NCBI GenBank assembly: GCA_020444425.1
Contig: JAHLLB010000002.1
Location: forward strand, 13,250-77,249
Direction of reading: 5' to 3'
DNA length: 64,000 bases
From: a bacterium
Lineage (GTDB): Bacteria > Electryoneota > Electryoneia > Electryoneales > Electryoneaceae
The notes under the pieces were generated by a model. The model was given only the letters and a program-made list of their open reading frames with translations. It was not told where the DNA came from and ran no database searches. A program made the position numbers and the translations under genes. This document shows, in pieces, positions 29,665-39,560 of this stretch (positions within the stretch are counted from its first letter, which is position 1; each line of letters starts with the position of its first letter).

Positions 29665-30737
29665 CGACGTTCTTCGGTTGATTGAACCGGCTTGCGCAAA
29701 GCGTTCAGGATTGCTCCGGCAACATCTTGAATCGGAACCTGCAGCTCCACCCCACCAAGCTGATAAGCTTCCCGCGGCATACCGTACACGACGGACGTTT
29801 CCTTGTCCTGGCCGATTGTCCGCGCTCCGCGTTTCCGCATCGCCAGCATGCCCTTGTCGCCATCGCGCCCCATCCCGGTCAGGATGGCGCCGACAGCGTT
29901 CGGGCCCACATATTCTGCCACCGACTGAAACAGCACTTCGACGGACGGACGGTGACCGCTGACTTTTTCTTCATGGCTCAGCTTGACTTTGTAGATCCCG
30001 CCTGAGCGAACGACGCGCATGTGGTAATCACCAGGTGCGATCAACACTCGTCCGGACAGCACACGGTCATCATCCCGCGCTTCCTGCACGGTCATTTCCG
30101 ATTGAGAATTCAACCGTTCCGCAAACATGGCAGTGAATCCTGGCGGCATGTGCTGCACAATCACCACGCCAGGTGTGTTTGCCGGAAGAGCGGTGATCAC
30201 GGTGCGCAGGGCTTCCGTGCCGCCAGTGGAGGCACCGATCGCGATGACCTTATCGGTGGATTCAGCGAGAGCGGTTGTTGGTGGTCGTGCAACCGGAGCT
30301 TTCTTCAGTCCTGCCAAGCGTTTCCAGTGGCTGACATCGACTTGCGCCGCGGTCTTGACCTTTTCGCGGAGGTCATCGAGCATGTCCTCCATGCCACGCG
30401 CGACGTCCGCCTTCGGCTTGGCGACGATGTCCACCGCGCCGGCTTCCATCGCTTCCAGGGTGATCTGCTTTCCGCGCTCGGTCAGTGAACTGACCATCAC
30501 CGTCGGGATCGGGTACTGCGGCATGAGACGTCGAAGAAATTCAACGCCATCCATGCGCGGCATTTCCACATCAAGCGTGAGCACATTGGGCTTCAGCTGG
30601 ACGATCTTGTCGCGAGCCTGATACGGATCTCCCGCCGCACCCACAACCTCGATATCATCATCCTTGGCCAGCCCTCGAGTGAGGATCTGACGGATCAACG
30701 CGGAGTCATCAATGACCAGTACGCGTGCTTTCTTCAC
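29661..30737 (-). CDS. cheB: CheB methylesterase/deamidase with N-terminal receiver domain
   Basis: It has a receiver domain (VLVIDDSALIRQ) and a methylesterase domain with the catalytic Ser, His and Asp (GASTGG...HMPPGFT). It shares a 4-nt overlap with cheR. Confidence 0.92.
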   Translation of the reverse strand: MKKARVLVIDDSALIRQILTRGLAKDDDIEVVGAAGDPYQARDKIVQLKPNVLTLDVEMPRMDGVEFLRRLMPQYPIPTVMVSSLTERGKQITLEAMEAGAVDIVAKPKADVARGMEDMLDDLREKVKTAAQVDVSHWKRLAGLKKAPVARPPTTALAESTDKVIAIGASTGGTEALRTVITALPANTPGVVIVQHMPPGFTAMFAERLNSQSEMTVQEARDDDRVLSGRVLIAPGDYHMRVVRSGGIYKVKLSHEEKVSGHRPSVEVLFQSVAEYVGPNAVGAILTGMGRDGDKGMLAMRKRGARTIGQDKETSVVYGMPREAYQLGGVELQVPIQDVAGAILNALRKPVQSTEERR

Positions 30738-31582
30738 CTCACCTCCGTGCGCCGGTACAATGCCGGAATGACATAATCGAACAGAGCGTGATTTCGACCC
30801 AGGGTTTCCGAGTGCCCGATGAACAGGAGACCACCCGGATCAAGGAATTTGCCGAACTTTTTCAGGAGTTCGTCGCGTGTTGGCTGGTCGAAATAGATCA
30901 TCACGTTGCGGCAGAATATCGCCTGGAAGGTGCCTTTAAACGGGAAACTCGGGCGCATCAGGTTCAAGCGCCGGTGCAACAGCATTTTCTTCAGGCCTGG
31001 GTCAATCTGGTATTCTCCGCTGGGCTGCTTCTTGAAGTACTTGTTCTTCAAGGCTGGCGGCATATGGCTGATATTCTCCTGCCGGTAAATTCCGGCCTCA
31101 GCCTTGGCTAACGCGACGGTGGAAATGTCTGTCGCAAGCAGGCCGACGTCCCACGCCGCAGCTTCTCCTCCCAACGCTTCCTTGATCAGGATCGCCAGCA
31201 TGTACGACTCTTCCCCGGAGGAGCAGCCCGCAATCCAGATGCGGATCTTCTTCTGGTTGCGTGCCCGTTGCTGCTGGATCAATTTCGGCAGGAATTCGTC
31301 CCGGAAGAAGACGAAATGGTCCGGTTCGCGCCAGAAGTACGTGTGGTTTGTCGAGATACGGTCGACCAGCTGACTCAACGATTTGCCGGTGTCGTCCTTT
31401 TCGACGGCGAGAAGATAGTCCTGGAAGCTGGCAAAGCCACCTTCACGCAGAACCTTATTCAACCGTCCGGTAACCAGCGCCCGCTTCTGCTCTGTCAGGT
31501 TGATCCCGAACCGGCTGTAAATGAGTTCACGAATCTGCTTAAACTCTTTATCGTTGATTGTCGCTGTACCGACCATGTGCAA
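30734..31582 (-). CDS. cheR: CheR chemoreceptor methyltransferase
   Basis: It has the N-terminal helical domain (EFKQIRELIYSRFGI) and an S-adenosylmethionine-binding fold (IWIAGCSSGEE). Confidence 0.9.
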   Translation of the reverse strand: MHMVGTATINDKEFKQIRELIYSRFGINLTEQKRALVTGRLNKVLREGGFASFQDYLLAVEKDDTGKSLSQLVDRISTNHTYFWREPDHFVFFRDEFLPKLIQQQRARNQKKIRIWIAGCSSGEESYMLAILIKEALGGEAAAWDVGLLATDISTVALAKAEAGIYRQENISHMPPALKNKYFKKQPSGEYQIDPGLKKMLLHRRLNLMRPSFPFKGTFQAIFCRNVMIYFDQPTRDELLKKFGKFLDPGGLLFIGHSETLGRNHALFDYVIPALYRRTEVR

Positions 31583-31611
31583 CCCGGAAGAACGTTAGCA
31601 GAAATGCCACC

Positions 31612-34020
31612 TTATGCGCGGGCAGTTTCCAAGTCCTTGTGGCTCTCTTTTCGGTTCACCTGCTTCATGATCCCACCGATATCGAGAATCAGGCAGATGC
31701 CGCCATCGCCGAGAATCGTGCAACCGGAAACACACGGCTGATCGGTGATATAGTCGCTCAAGCCCTTGATCACGATCTGGTGTTGACCGAGCAATTCATC
31801 GACGAACAAGCCGAACTGCTGCCCATCCACTTCGAGGATCGTGACGATTCCCTTCGTCAGATCCGGCGAATCGGCCTCGACGCTGAACTGGTCGTGCAAC
31901 CGGATCACTGGAATCAGATCGTCGCGAACTCGGATGATTTCCCGGCCATCCATCGGGCGGGTGATCATGCCTTCGGTCACCTGCAGCGATTCGCTGATGG
32001 TGGTGATCGGGATGACGTACTTTTCCTTGCCGACACGCAGCAGCATGCCGTCGATAATCGCCAGCGTCAGCGGGATGCGCAGAACAACCTCAGACCCCTT
32101 CCCCGCTTCAGATTTGACATCGACCTTGCCGCGGATGGATTCCAGGTTGCGGCGGACAACGTCCATGCCGACACCACGGCCGGAAACGTCGGTAACCTTC
32201 TCTGCCGTTGAGAACCCCGGTTGGAAAATCAGCTGCCAGACTTCATCGTTCGGTATTGTTTCGGCTTCTTCCGGGGTGACGATACCGCGTTCCAGCGCCT
32301 TGTTCAGGATGCGATCACGGTCGAGTCCCTTGCCATCATCCTTGATGGAGATCCACACCTCGCCGCCGACGTAATACGCACGGATTGCAACGTGACCCGT
32401 GGGCGATTTGCCAGCTTCCTCTCGTTCTTTCGGCGACTCGATGCCGTGATCGATGGAGTTGCGCAGAATGTGAACCAAGGGGTCGGTGATGTTCTCGATC
32501 ACCGTCTTGTCGACCTCGGTTTCCTCACCTTCGATCGTCAGCTCAACCTTCTTTTTCGATTTCTGTGCGACGTCCCGCACCAGGCGGAACATGCGGCGGA
32601 AGGTGCCGGAAAGCGGAATCATCCGGATGGAAGTGGAAATATCCTGCAGATCGCGCGTGATCTTGTTCAGTTGCATCACCGCACGCTCAAACCGGTCCAG
32701 CGGGATGTCGACGTCCTGCAGATCCTGGTTCTGCGCGACCATGGCTTCCGCGATCACCAGCTCGCCAACGAGATCGAGCAGACGGTCAACCTTTTCGACA
32801 TCAACACGGACCGACTGACGTTGCGCCGCCTGATTCTGCGCTGCGGGTGGAGGAGTCGCGGCTGCTGGTTTCGCCGCACCGTTGGTTGCTGGTTTCGCCT
32901 CAGGTTTGGCCGGAGCAGCCGTCTTCGGTTTCTCAGGTTCGGCGGCTGGAGCTTCAGGTTTCACCTCAGCCTTTGGTTCGGCTGCAGGCGACTTGGCTTC
33001 TGGTACCGCAGCCTTCCTGGGTTTGGTCTTCTCCTTCCGCTGCGCCTGCATCACTTCCTTGCCGACCGTGTCCTCCAGCAGATGCAACAGACCCGGCGCA
33101 GCCGGAATGCTGCCGTTGCCGGTATCCGGAACTGTCTTCAGTGTATTCCGCAGGAAGTCAATGATCTCCAGCAGCAGGCTGACGGTGGCCGGGTTGTATT
33201 CGACCTTTTTGTTTCGGTACAGATCAAGGACGGTTTCCGCGCCGTTGGCCAGCGCCATCATGTCCTTGAAATCGACGAACCCGCAGTTGCCCTTGAAGCT
33301 GTGCAGCGCCCGGAACGCTTCCTGGAGTGCGCTCTCGTCGTCCGTGTCCTTCTCGAAACGAATCAGGCATTCTTCAGCGGTCTGCAGTTGTTCTTCGGAT
33401 TCTGTCGCGAACTGACTCAGGATCTCGGGGGTGATCGGGATCGAATTGACTTCGGGAAGGTCTTCGACGACTTCTTCCTCTACCGGCTCTTCCTCCGATT
33501 CCTCAGCTGAATCGTCTGACTCATCCGTGACGACCTCGAACATGTCATCAGCGCGGACCACGGGACCGTCATCCTCTTCGTCCTCGCCACCTTTCAATGC
33601 GGCGATCTCCTTCCGGAGTTCGGCGGCTACCTGGTCGGCTTCTTCCTCGTGGCCTGCTTCATGGTAGACGCTGTCGATCTGGTCGAGCAGCTTCCGCAGG
33701 AAGTCGCTGGCGCGGTTGATGAGGTCAATGTGGGCGGCTGTAAGTTTGCCCTGACCTTTCCGGAACAGGTCCAGCAGAGTTTCAGCTTCGTGCGTGACTC
33801 TGCTGATCAATGTCAGGTCGAGAAAGCCTGCACCGCCTTTCAGCGAATGGAACAGGCGGAAAATTGTGTTGATGGTTTCCGGATCGATGTCGCCGGATTC
33901 ATCTTCCGCTGCCTGGCTTTCCAGTTCAATAATCAACGGTTCTGCGTCGTCGATCAGCTCACGGCCTTCTTCGACGAAGCTCTGCAACAGTTCCCGTTGT
34001 TCTTGTTCTTCGGGAGTCAT
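31612..34020 (-). CDS. cheA: CheA histidine kinase (P1 through P5, with a CheW-like C-terminal domain)
   Basis: It has two Hpt domains, a dimerisation domain, an HATPase_c domain (DDGKGLD...GRGVGMDVV), a C-terminal CheW-like domain, and a long Ala/Pro/Lys-rich linker. Confidence 0.93.
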   Translation of the reverse strand: MTPEEQEQRELLQSFVEEGRELIDDAEPLIIELESQAAEDESGDIDPETINTIFRLFHSLKGGAGFLDLTLISRVTHEAETLLDLFRKGQGKLTAAHIDLINRASDFLRKLLDQIDSVYHEAGHEEEADQVAAELRKEIAALKGGEDEEDDGPVVRADDMFEVVTDESDDSAEESEEEPVEEEVVEDLPEVNSIPITPEILSQFATESEEQLQTAEECLIRFEKDTDDESALQEAFRALHSFKGNCGFVDFKDMMALANGAETVLDLYRNKKVEYNPATVSLLLEIIDFLRNTLKTVPDTGNGSIPAAPGLLHLLEDTVGKEVMQAQRKEKTKPRKAAVPEAKSPAAEPKAEVKPEAPAAEPEKPKTAAPAKPEAKPATNGAAKPAAATPPPAAQNQAAQRQSVRVDVEKVDRLLDLVGELVIAEAMVAQNQDLQDVDIPLDRFERAVMQLNKITRDLQDISTSIRMIPLSGTFRRMFRLVRDVAQKSKKKVELTIEGEETEVDKTVIENITDPLVHILRNSIDHGIESPKEREEAGKSPTGHVAIRAYYVGGEVWISIKDDGKGLDRDRILNKALERGIVTPEEAETIPNDEVWQLIFQPGFSTAEKVTDVSGRGVGMDVVRRNLESIRGKVDVKSEAGKGSEVVLRIPLTLAIIDGMLLRVGKEKYVIPITTISESLQVTEGMITRPMDGREIIRVRDDLIPVIRLHDQFSVEADSPDLTKGIVTILEVDGQQFGLFVDELLGQHQIVIKGLSDYITDQPCVSGCTILGDGGICLILDIGGIMKQVNRKESHKDLETARA

Positions 34021-34246
34021 GTCCCCACCCCAGATTACACGCTTAATCTTACGATAGTGTAAATTGTGTTCTCGGATGGGCTAATGCAAGTGGATTCCGG
34101 GCTTCCGGAGACAAAATTCGAAAAGCGAGAGCACTCCAATGAGAGTATTCGACAATCTGCTGAAATCTGGGGATTACGAAGGATATCTGCGGATGGAGAG
34201 AGCGGCCAGAGGCCGGTACTGCTGTCAGCAAAAGGCTTTCAGCGGA

Positions 34247-34705
34247 TTACCGGCCCTCTTCTTCGCGAGCTTTCTTGGCAGCGATACTCAGCGTTGCATG
34301 CGGTACCGCCTCGAGACGGGCGAATTCAATCGGGAGACCGGTGTCCATGCAGTAGCCGTAGGTCCCGGCCTTCATCCGGTCGAGTGCGGCCAGCAGGCTG
34401 CGCAGGAATTTGTGTTCACGCTGGGCAAACAGCAGCGCCTTTTCACGTTCCTGAGCGTCGGTGCCTTGATCGGCCATGTGGAGGCTGTAGGTGGAGCTGT
34501 CGCCGGAGTACTCGTCCAACGGCTTCAGCGAGCTCTCTTCGAGGTAGCCCAGCTCCTTCTTGACGGCTTCAACCTTCTGCAGGATGATGCCGCGGAAGTG
34601 TTCCTCATCTTCCGGCCGGTAACGACGAACGCCGTCGTCGTAATCCACCTTTGGACTCCAACCGCTATCCGACTTTTTTTCGGTTTTCTTCTCGTTTTTG
34701 CTCAT
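34247..34705 (-). CDS. DksA/TraR-family protein
   Basis: Its C-terminus carries a DksA-like zinc-finger region (GTYGYCMDTGLPIEFARLEAVPHATLSI), but only one Cys is visible, so it may be a Cys-poor DksA2-like variant. It lies immediately upstream of cheA on the same strand. Confidence 0.6.
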   Translation of the reverse strand: MSKNEKKTEKKSDSGWSPKVDYDDGVRRYRPEDEEHFRGIILQKVEAVKKELGYLEESSLKPLDEYSGDSSTYSLHMADQGTDAQEREKALLFAQREHKFLRSLLAALDRMKAGTYGYCMDTGLPIEFARLEAVPHATLSIAAKKAREEEGR

Positions 34706-34722
34706 CCAACTTGCTCCATCAC

Positions 34723-37700
34723 TTATCCGGCAGCCGGTTCAACGACCAGCCGCACAGCCTTGTCGTTCACATCCAGCGTGTCCGAAGAATCTTCAAGCTC
34801 TTGAACATCAACGCGAATTGCAAGTACTTCCCGCTCAATGAGGGCTCGATGTTGCTCGACTGCCTCCCTCAGCTCTCCGTCAGCGAATACTTGCAGATTG
34901 ATCCGCTGAGTCACTTCAAATTGCAGGTCTTTCCGCTTGTTCTGAATCCGATTGATCAACTCGCGGACATAGCCTTCGGCCTTCAACTCGTCATTCAGCC
35001 GGGTATCCAGCGCGAGCAGAACGTTCCCATCTTCGTTGACTTCCAGGTAATCCGGTGCTTCCTGACTCAGCAGCACATCATCAGGCCCGAATTCTTCGCC
35101 ATCCAGGGTGACCGTTTCTCCGGCAGCCCAGGCTGCGGTTGTTGACGGGTCAGAATTGATGATCTTCGGTGCCCAGACCTTGACGTCTTTCCCGAAGCGT
35201 GGTCCGAGGGTGACGAAGTTCGGTTTCGCCCGGAAGGTGACAAGTTCGCTGGCAGAATCGGCAAACTCCAACTCCCGGATGTTCAATTCATCGAGCACCA
35301 GTTCCCGCAGGTCAGCGAGCATCTCACGCTGCGTTTCCTCAGCCACGAGAAGCAGTTTCGCCAACGGTTGCCGTACTTTCAGCCGAGCCGCCTCACGAGC
35401 AGACCGTCCGGCGGTGACCACCGCGCGGGCGTAATCCATGTTCGCCTTGATCGTATCGTCCCGGAGGGAATCGTCGACCTTCGGCCATGTATCGAGGTGG
35501 ATCGAGTCATGCGCACCCTTGCTGTGGCCACGTACCAGATTCTGGTACATGATCTCACTGATGAATGGCGCGAACGGTGCGAGCACACGGATGAAACCGG
35601 TCAGCACGTCGTACAGCGTACGGTATGCGCGATTCTTGTCGCCCAGCTGGTCCGACTTCCAGAAACGGCGGCGGCTGCGACGGATATACCAGTTTGTCAA
35701 TCGGTCGACGAAATCCGTGATCGCGGCAGCGGCGGGCATCACGTCGTAGCCTTCCAGCTTTTCGGTGACTTCCGTGACGAGATCGTTGTACGCCGTCAGA
35801 ATCCAGCGGTCGATCGGGGTCCGCTCGGACATCTCGTAGTCGGCGTTCGGATCCCAGCCGTCCACATTGGCATAGGTCACGAAGAAGCTGTACGCATTCC
35901 ACAATGGAATGAACACCTGCTTCAGGCTGTCCTTAAGTGCTTCCTCGCCGAAGCGAACCGGCAGCCACGGGTTGTTGCGGAAGAATGACCAACGGACCGC
36001 GTCGGCGCCGTACTGTTCCATGATCGGAATCGGCGGGACGACATTCCCCTTCGACTTCGACATCTTCTGCCCCTCCTCGTCGAGGACGAGGTTGGTGCAG
36101 ATCACGTTCTTGTAGGACGACCAGCGGTTCTTGTCGTCATCCTCCCGCGCAATGGCGAGCAACGTACTCGCCGCGAGCAGGCTGTAGAACCAGCCACGGG
36201 TCTGGTCGAGGCCTTCGCAGATGAAATCGGCCGGATACTGATGACTGAAGTAATCGACTGACCCCTCAGCCGCCGGGTAGCCAATTTGACCCCACGGCAT
36301 GATACCGGCGTTGAACCAGCTGTCGAGTACAAAGTTTTCGCGATGCAGCGCGACACCGTCCTCAGTCCGCAGCACAACATCGTCAATGCGCGGTTTGTGG
36401 ATATCGGCGTCCGCCGCAAACGGATCATCTCCCTGTCGTTTGAGATGCTCGTTCAGCTCCTCGATGGACTTGATCACGACGACATGTTCGTTGTCCTCGC
36501 TGGTCCACACGGGCAGCGGCGAGCCCCAGAAGCGCTCACGGGTAATGTTCCAGTCGATCACATTCTCCAGCCACTTGCCGAAGCGGCCCTCACGGATGTG
36601 ATCGGGAATCCAGTTGATCCGTTCGTTGGCGGCGAGCATCTCGTCCCGCATCGCCCTCGCGCGAATGAACCAGCCCGGCCGCGGGAAATAGACCAGCGGC
36701 GTACCGGTCTTGTAGTTGAACGGGTAGGTGTGCTCGTGCTTCTCCTTGGCGAACAGCAGGCCACGGGCGGCGAGGCTCTTGAGGATTTCAATCTCGAGAT
36801 CTTCGTCCTTGAACCAGCGTCCCAACCATTCCGGCTCACCTTCGACGACCTCGCCCGCTTCGTTGACACGGAGCGTAAAGTCGAGTTTGTGCTGCTTGAT
36901 CAGGCGGTAGTCGTCCTCACCGTACGGAGCGAGGTGGACGAGGCCGGTACCGTCGTCTGCGGTAACGTAATCGTCCGCGATGACAAAATGACCGTTCTGA
37001 TCGCCGGACAACGCCTGGAAATTCCACAGCGGCTGATACTTCGTGCCTGCGAGCTCGGTACCGCTGATTGTCGCTTCGATCTCGTAGTTGTCCGTGCCAC
37101 CGAGGAAATTGCTCAACGCTTCCAGCCGTGACTTGGCGAGGATCAGGCGTTCCCCAGCCTTGTTCAAGCCGTTGTTCGCGTCATTCTTGATGCGAATGCG
37201 GACGTAGGTCAGTGACGGTCCGGCGGCGACGGCGATGTTGCTGAGTAGCGTCCACGCGGTAGTCGTCCACACGACCAGCTTGGTGTTCTCCTGCCCAATC
37301 ACCGGCATCTTCGCGAACAGGGACAGTTCGGTGACTTCCTTGTAGCCCTGCGCGACCTCAAAATTGGACAGCGTCGTGCCCTGAGTCGGGCACCACGCGC
37401 TGACACGGTAATCCTTGTACAGGAACCGGTCCTGCCCCGCGAGGTTGGTGCGGTCGGCGAATTGCGGCTTGACCTTCGTGTTCCACGCCTGCTTCAACAC
37501 CCACCAGTCGCTCTGGATGTAGTCGTTGGTGTAGGTCGCGTAGAACTCGTCAAGATCGAGAAAGCGTCCGACACGGTGGATCGCTTCTTCCCACGTGCTC
37601 TTAAACCGGAAGACGGTTTCGCGGCAGTAATCGACGTATTTCTGCACGCCATACGCTTCGATGTCCCGCTTGGAGGCCAGTCCGAGGTCCCGGTCGGCGG

Positions 37701-38010
37701 TCAGCTCGATCGGAAGACCGTGCGTATCCCAACCGGCCTTACGCAACACGCGCCGACCCTTCATCGTCTCGTAACGTGGCCACAGATCCTTCAGCGCCGA
37801 CTGCATCAGGTGGCCGATATGCGGCGGACCATTGGTTCCTGGAGGGCCATCGTAGAAGACCCAATCCTGTCCATCCTTGCGTTCATCGATGGTTCGCTGG
37901 AAGATGTTCTCTTTCTTCCATTGATCGAGGATGGCGTGGTCCTGTTTCGGAAAGTCCGGGGGATTGGGTACCGGCGCAAACATCGTGTGGCGGGCTTTAT
38001 CGTCAGTCAT
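34723..38010 (-). CDS. ileS: Isoleucyl-tRNA synthetase, long type-2 (eukaryote-like) form
   Basis: It has the class I HIGH region (PPGTNGPPHIGH) and KMSKS (GQKMSKSKGNVV) motifs. At about 1095 aa it is longer than the roughly 940-aa type-1 bacterial enzyme. The start is set at the internal MTDDKARH, and the track ORF is 25 codons longer. Confidence 0.95.
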   Translation of the reverse strand: MTDDKARHTMFAPVPNPPDFPKQDHAILDQWKKENIFQRTIDERKDGQDWVFYDGPPGTNGPPHIGHLMQSALKDLWPRYETMKGRRVLRKAGWDTHGLPIELTADRDLGLASKRDIEAYGVQKYVDYCRETVFRFKSTWEEAIHRVGRFLDLDEFYATYTNDYIQSDWWVLKQAWNTKVKPQFADRTNLAGQDRFLYKDYRVSAWCPTQGTTLSNFEVAQGYKEVTELSLFAKMPVIGQENTKLVVWTTTAWTLLSNIAVAAGPSLTYVRIRIKNDANNGLNKAGERLILAKSRLEALSNFLGGTDNYEIEATISGTELAGTKYQPLWNFQALSGDQNGHFVIADDYVTADDGTGLVHLAPYGEDDYRLIKQHKLDFTLRVNEAGEVVEGEPEWLGRWFKDEDLEIEILKSLAARGLLFAKEKHEHTYPFNYKTGTPLVYFPRPGWFIRARAMRDEMLAANERINWIPDHIREGRFGKWLENVIDWNITRERFWGSPLPVWTSEDNEHVVVIKSIEELNEHLKRQGDDPFAADADIHKPRIDDVVLRTEDGVALHRENFVLDSWFNAGIMPWGQIGYPAAEGSVDYFSHQYPADFICEGLDQTRGWFYSLLAASTLLAIAREDDDKNRWSSYKNVICTNLVLDEEGQKMSKSKGNVVPPIPIMEQYGADAVRWSFFRNNPWLPVRFGEEALKDSLKQVFIPLWNAYSFFVTYANVDGWDPNADYEMSERTPIDRWILTAYNDLVTEVTEKLEGYDVMPAAAAITDFVDRLTNWYIRRSRRRFWKSDQLGDKNRAYRTLYDVLTGFIRVLAPFAPFISEIMYQNLVRGHSKGAHDSIHLDTWPKVDDSLRDDTIKANMDYARAVVTAGRSAREAARLKVRQPLAKLLLVAEETQREMLADLRELVLDELNIRELEFADSASELVTFRAKPNFVTLGPRFGKDVKVWAPKIINSDPSTTAAWAAGETVTLDGEEFGPDDVLLSQEAPDYLEVNEDGNVLLALDTRLNDELKAEGYVRELINRIQNKRKDLQFEVTQRINLQVFADGELREAVEQHRALIEREVLAIRVDVQELEDSSDTLDVNDKAVRLVVEPAAG

Positions 38011-38017
38011 AAACTCT

Positions 38018-38569
38018 CTAGCGGGCATTCCCGTGTTGTGGATCTCGGGGTGAGCGTTCTGTCTTCGCGTCACCGTTGGGTTCACCGGGCGCGTGGTTGT
38101 CGTCCAGAATCTGGTCCAGCGGATCCTGTTCGAGGATTTCCAGCAAGTCCACCTGGTTCCGGAGGACGTGCTTCAAGGTCAAAATGAACGAACGCCGCTG
38201 ACCTTCCAGTCGGGCGATGTCGTCCTCAATCTGCTGTCGTTTGCGGCGGCTGTCGGTGATGATCTGCTCGGCTTCCAGCTGCGCGCTTTGTACCAGCAGA
38301 TCCGCCTCACGGCTGGAACGACCTTCCGCCTCACGTGCAGCCTTGGTTGCGCTCATCGCGGCGTCCTGCAGACTGGTTTCCATCTGCTGGTAGTCCTGCA
38401 GCTTCGTCTGCAACGTAGCCAATTGCTTGTTCAACGACTGGTTTTCGTTGATCGCCTGCTCGTACGCATCGGCCACCGATTCGAGGAAGCTGCGGACCTC
38501 GTCCTGGTCATAGCCACGCATCTGCCGGCTAAACTCCTGCTTGCGTACATCCAGCGGTGTCAGCTTCAT
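38018..38569 (-). CDS. divIVA: DivIVA-domain cell-division / polarity protein
   Basis: The sequence MKLTPLDVRKQEFSRQMRGYDQDEVRSFL is the canonical DivIVA N-terminal domain, followed by a coiled coil. The start is set at this Met. The track ORF has an upstream TTG start. Confidence 0.8.
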   Translation of the reverse strand: MKLTPLDVRKQEFSRQMRGYDQDEVRSFLESVADAYEQAINENQSLNKQLATLQTKLQDYQQMETSLQDAAMSATKAAREAEGRSSREADLLVQSAQLEAEQIITDSRRKRQQIEDDIARLEGQRRSFILTLKHVLRNQVDLLEILEQDPLDQILDDNHAPGEPNGDAKTERSPRDPQHGNAR

Positions 38570-38576
38570 GGCGGCC

Positions 38577-39293
38577 TCAGGTTTGCCGGGGTCCAAAGAT
38601 GGCGGTTCCGATCCGAACCATCGTCGACCCTTCCTCAATTGCGATATCGTAATCGTCCGTCATCCCCATTGACAGCGTGTCCATGGAAACGTGCGGCAGA
38701 TTCAAGTTGGTCAACCGTCCGGCGGCGGCTCGCACCTCCGCGAACGCCTTCCGGATCGTGTCACGGTTATCCGTCAACGGGCCAATCGCCATCAGGCCAT
38801 TTACGCTGACATGGTCCAGCTTCGACGCCGCGACAGCAAGATCCTCGAGTTCGGTCAGCTCCACCCCGCCCTGTGTGTCCGCACCGCTGACGTTCACCTG
38901 CAACAGGACCTTCGCAGTGACGCCCAACTCCCCGGCGATACGGTCGGCACGATTCAACAGTTTCAAGCGGTCAATCGACTGAACCGAAGTAAACAGTTCC
39001 AAAATCGGCTTGACCTTGTTGCTCTGCAAGGTGCCGATGAACGACCAGTGCAGCTCGTTCGCCAGCTGAGGGAACTGTTGCCGGATCGCTTCAATCTTTT
39101 CCGGTGTTCCCTGGAAACGGTTCTCGCCGAAGAAACGTTGCCCGGCATTGATCGCTTCGGCGACTGCGGCCACCGGCTGAAACTTGCTCACCGCAAGCAG
39201 GTGTACATCATCCGGCGAACGCCCAGCAGCCTTCGCGGCGCGAGCGATTCGATCCTGAACCTCAGCCAGCCGTTCCGCGACACTCGCGGCCAT
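38577..39293 (-). CDS. yggS: YggS/PLPHP-family pyridoxal-phosphate homeostasis protein
   Basis: It has an alanine-racemase-like TIM barrel (LLAVSKFQP...FIGTLQSNKV...GELGV...LSMGMTDDY), with the start set at an internal Met. The order yggS, divIVA, ileS matches the conserved ylmE...divIVA-ileS region of Firmicutes. Confidence 0.82.
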   Translation of the reverse strand: MAASVAERLAEVQDRIARAAKAAGRSPDDVHLLAVSKFQPVAAVAEAINAGQRFFGENRFQGTPEKIEAIRQQFPQLANELHWSFIGTLQSNKVKPILELFTSVQSIDRLKLLNRADRIAGELGVTAKVLLQVNVSGADTQGGVELTELEDLAVAASKLDHVSVNGLMAIGPLTDNRDTIRKAFAEVRAAAGRLTNLNLPHVSMDTLSMGMTDDYDIAIEEGSTMVRIGTAIFGPRQT

Positions 39294-39528
39294 CACGATC
39301 ATCCCCCTGCAAAAACATGCGCAAATATAGACGCCTGCCTCAGAAGAGGCAAGGTAAACCGACGGTACTGCGTGGCTTTGAACACCGCAACGAAGCAACC
39401 TCGTACTCACCTGCACAGCATACGACGTACTTAGCAGATCCGCATGGCCCAGATCAAACGGAGCGGAGTACGGATTTTTATTTAGAGGTTTTTTTCAGGA
39501 ACGCAGGCTCCCACGGTGCGTATCTTAT

Positions 39529-39542
39529 TTAGGAATTCCTAA
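39529..39542. promoter_or_regulatory. Perfect 14-bp palindrome TTAGGAATTCCTAA about 20 nt upstream of the candidate T9SS cargo gene
   Basis: The sequence is exactly self-complementary. It sits between a T-rich stretch (GATTTTTATTTAGAGGTTTTTTTCAGG) and the ATG at 39561. Confidence 0.35.
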
Positions 39543-39560
39543 CACGTCAGGCTCGTCATC

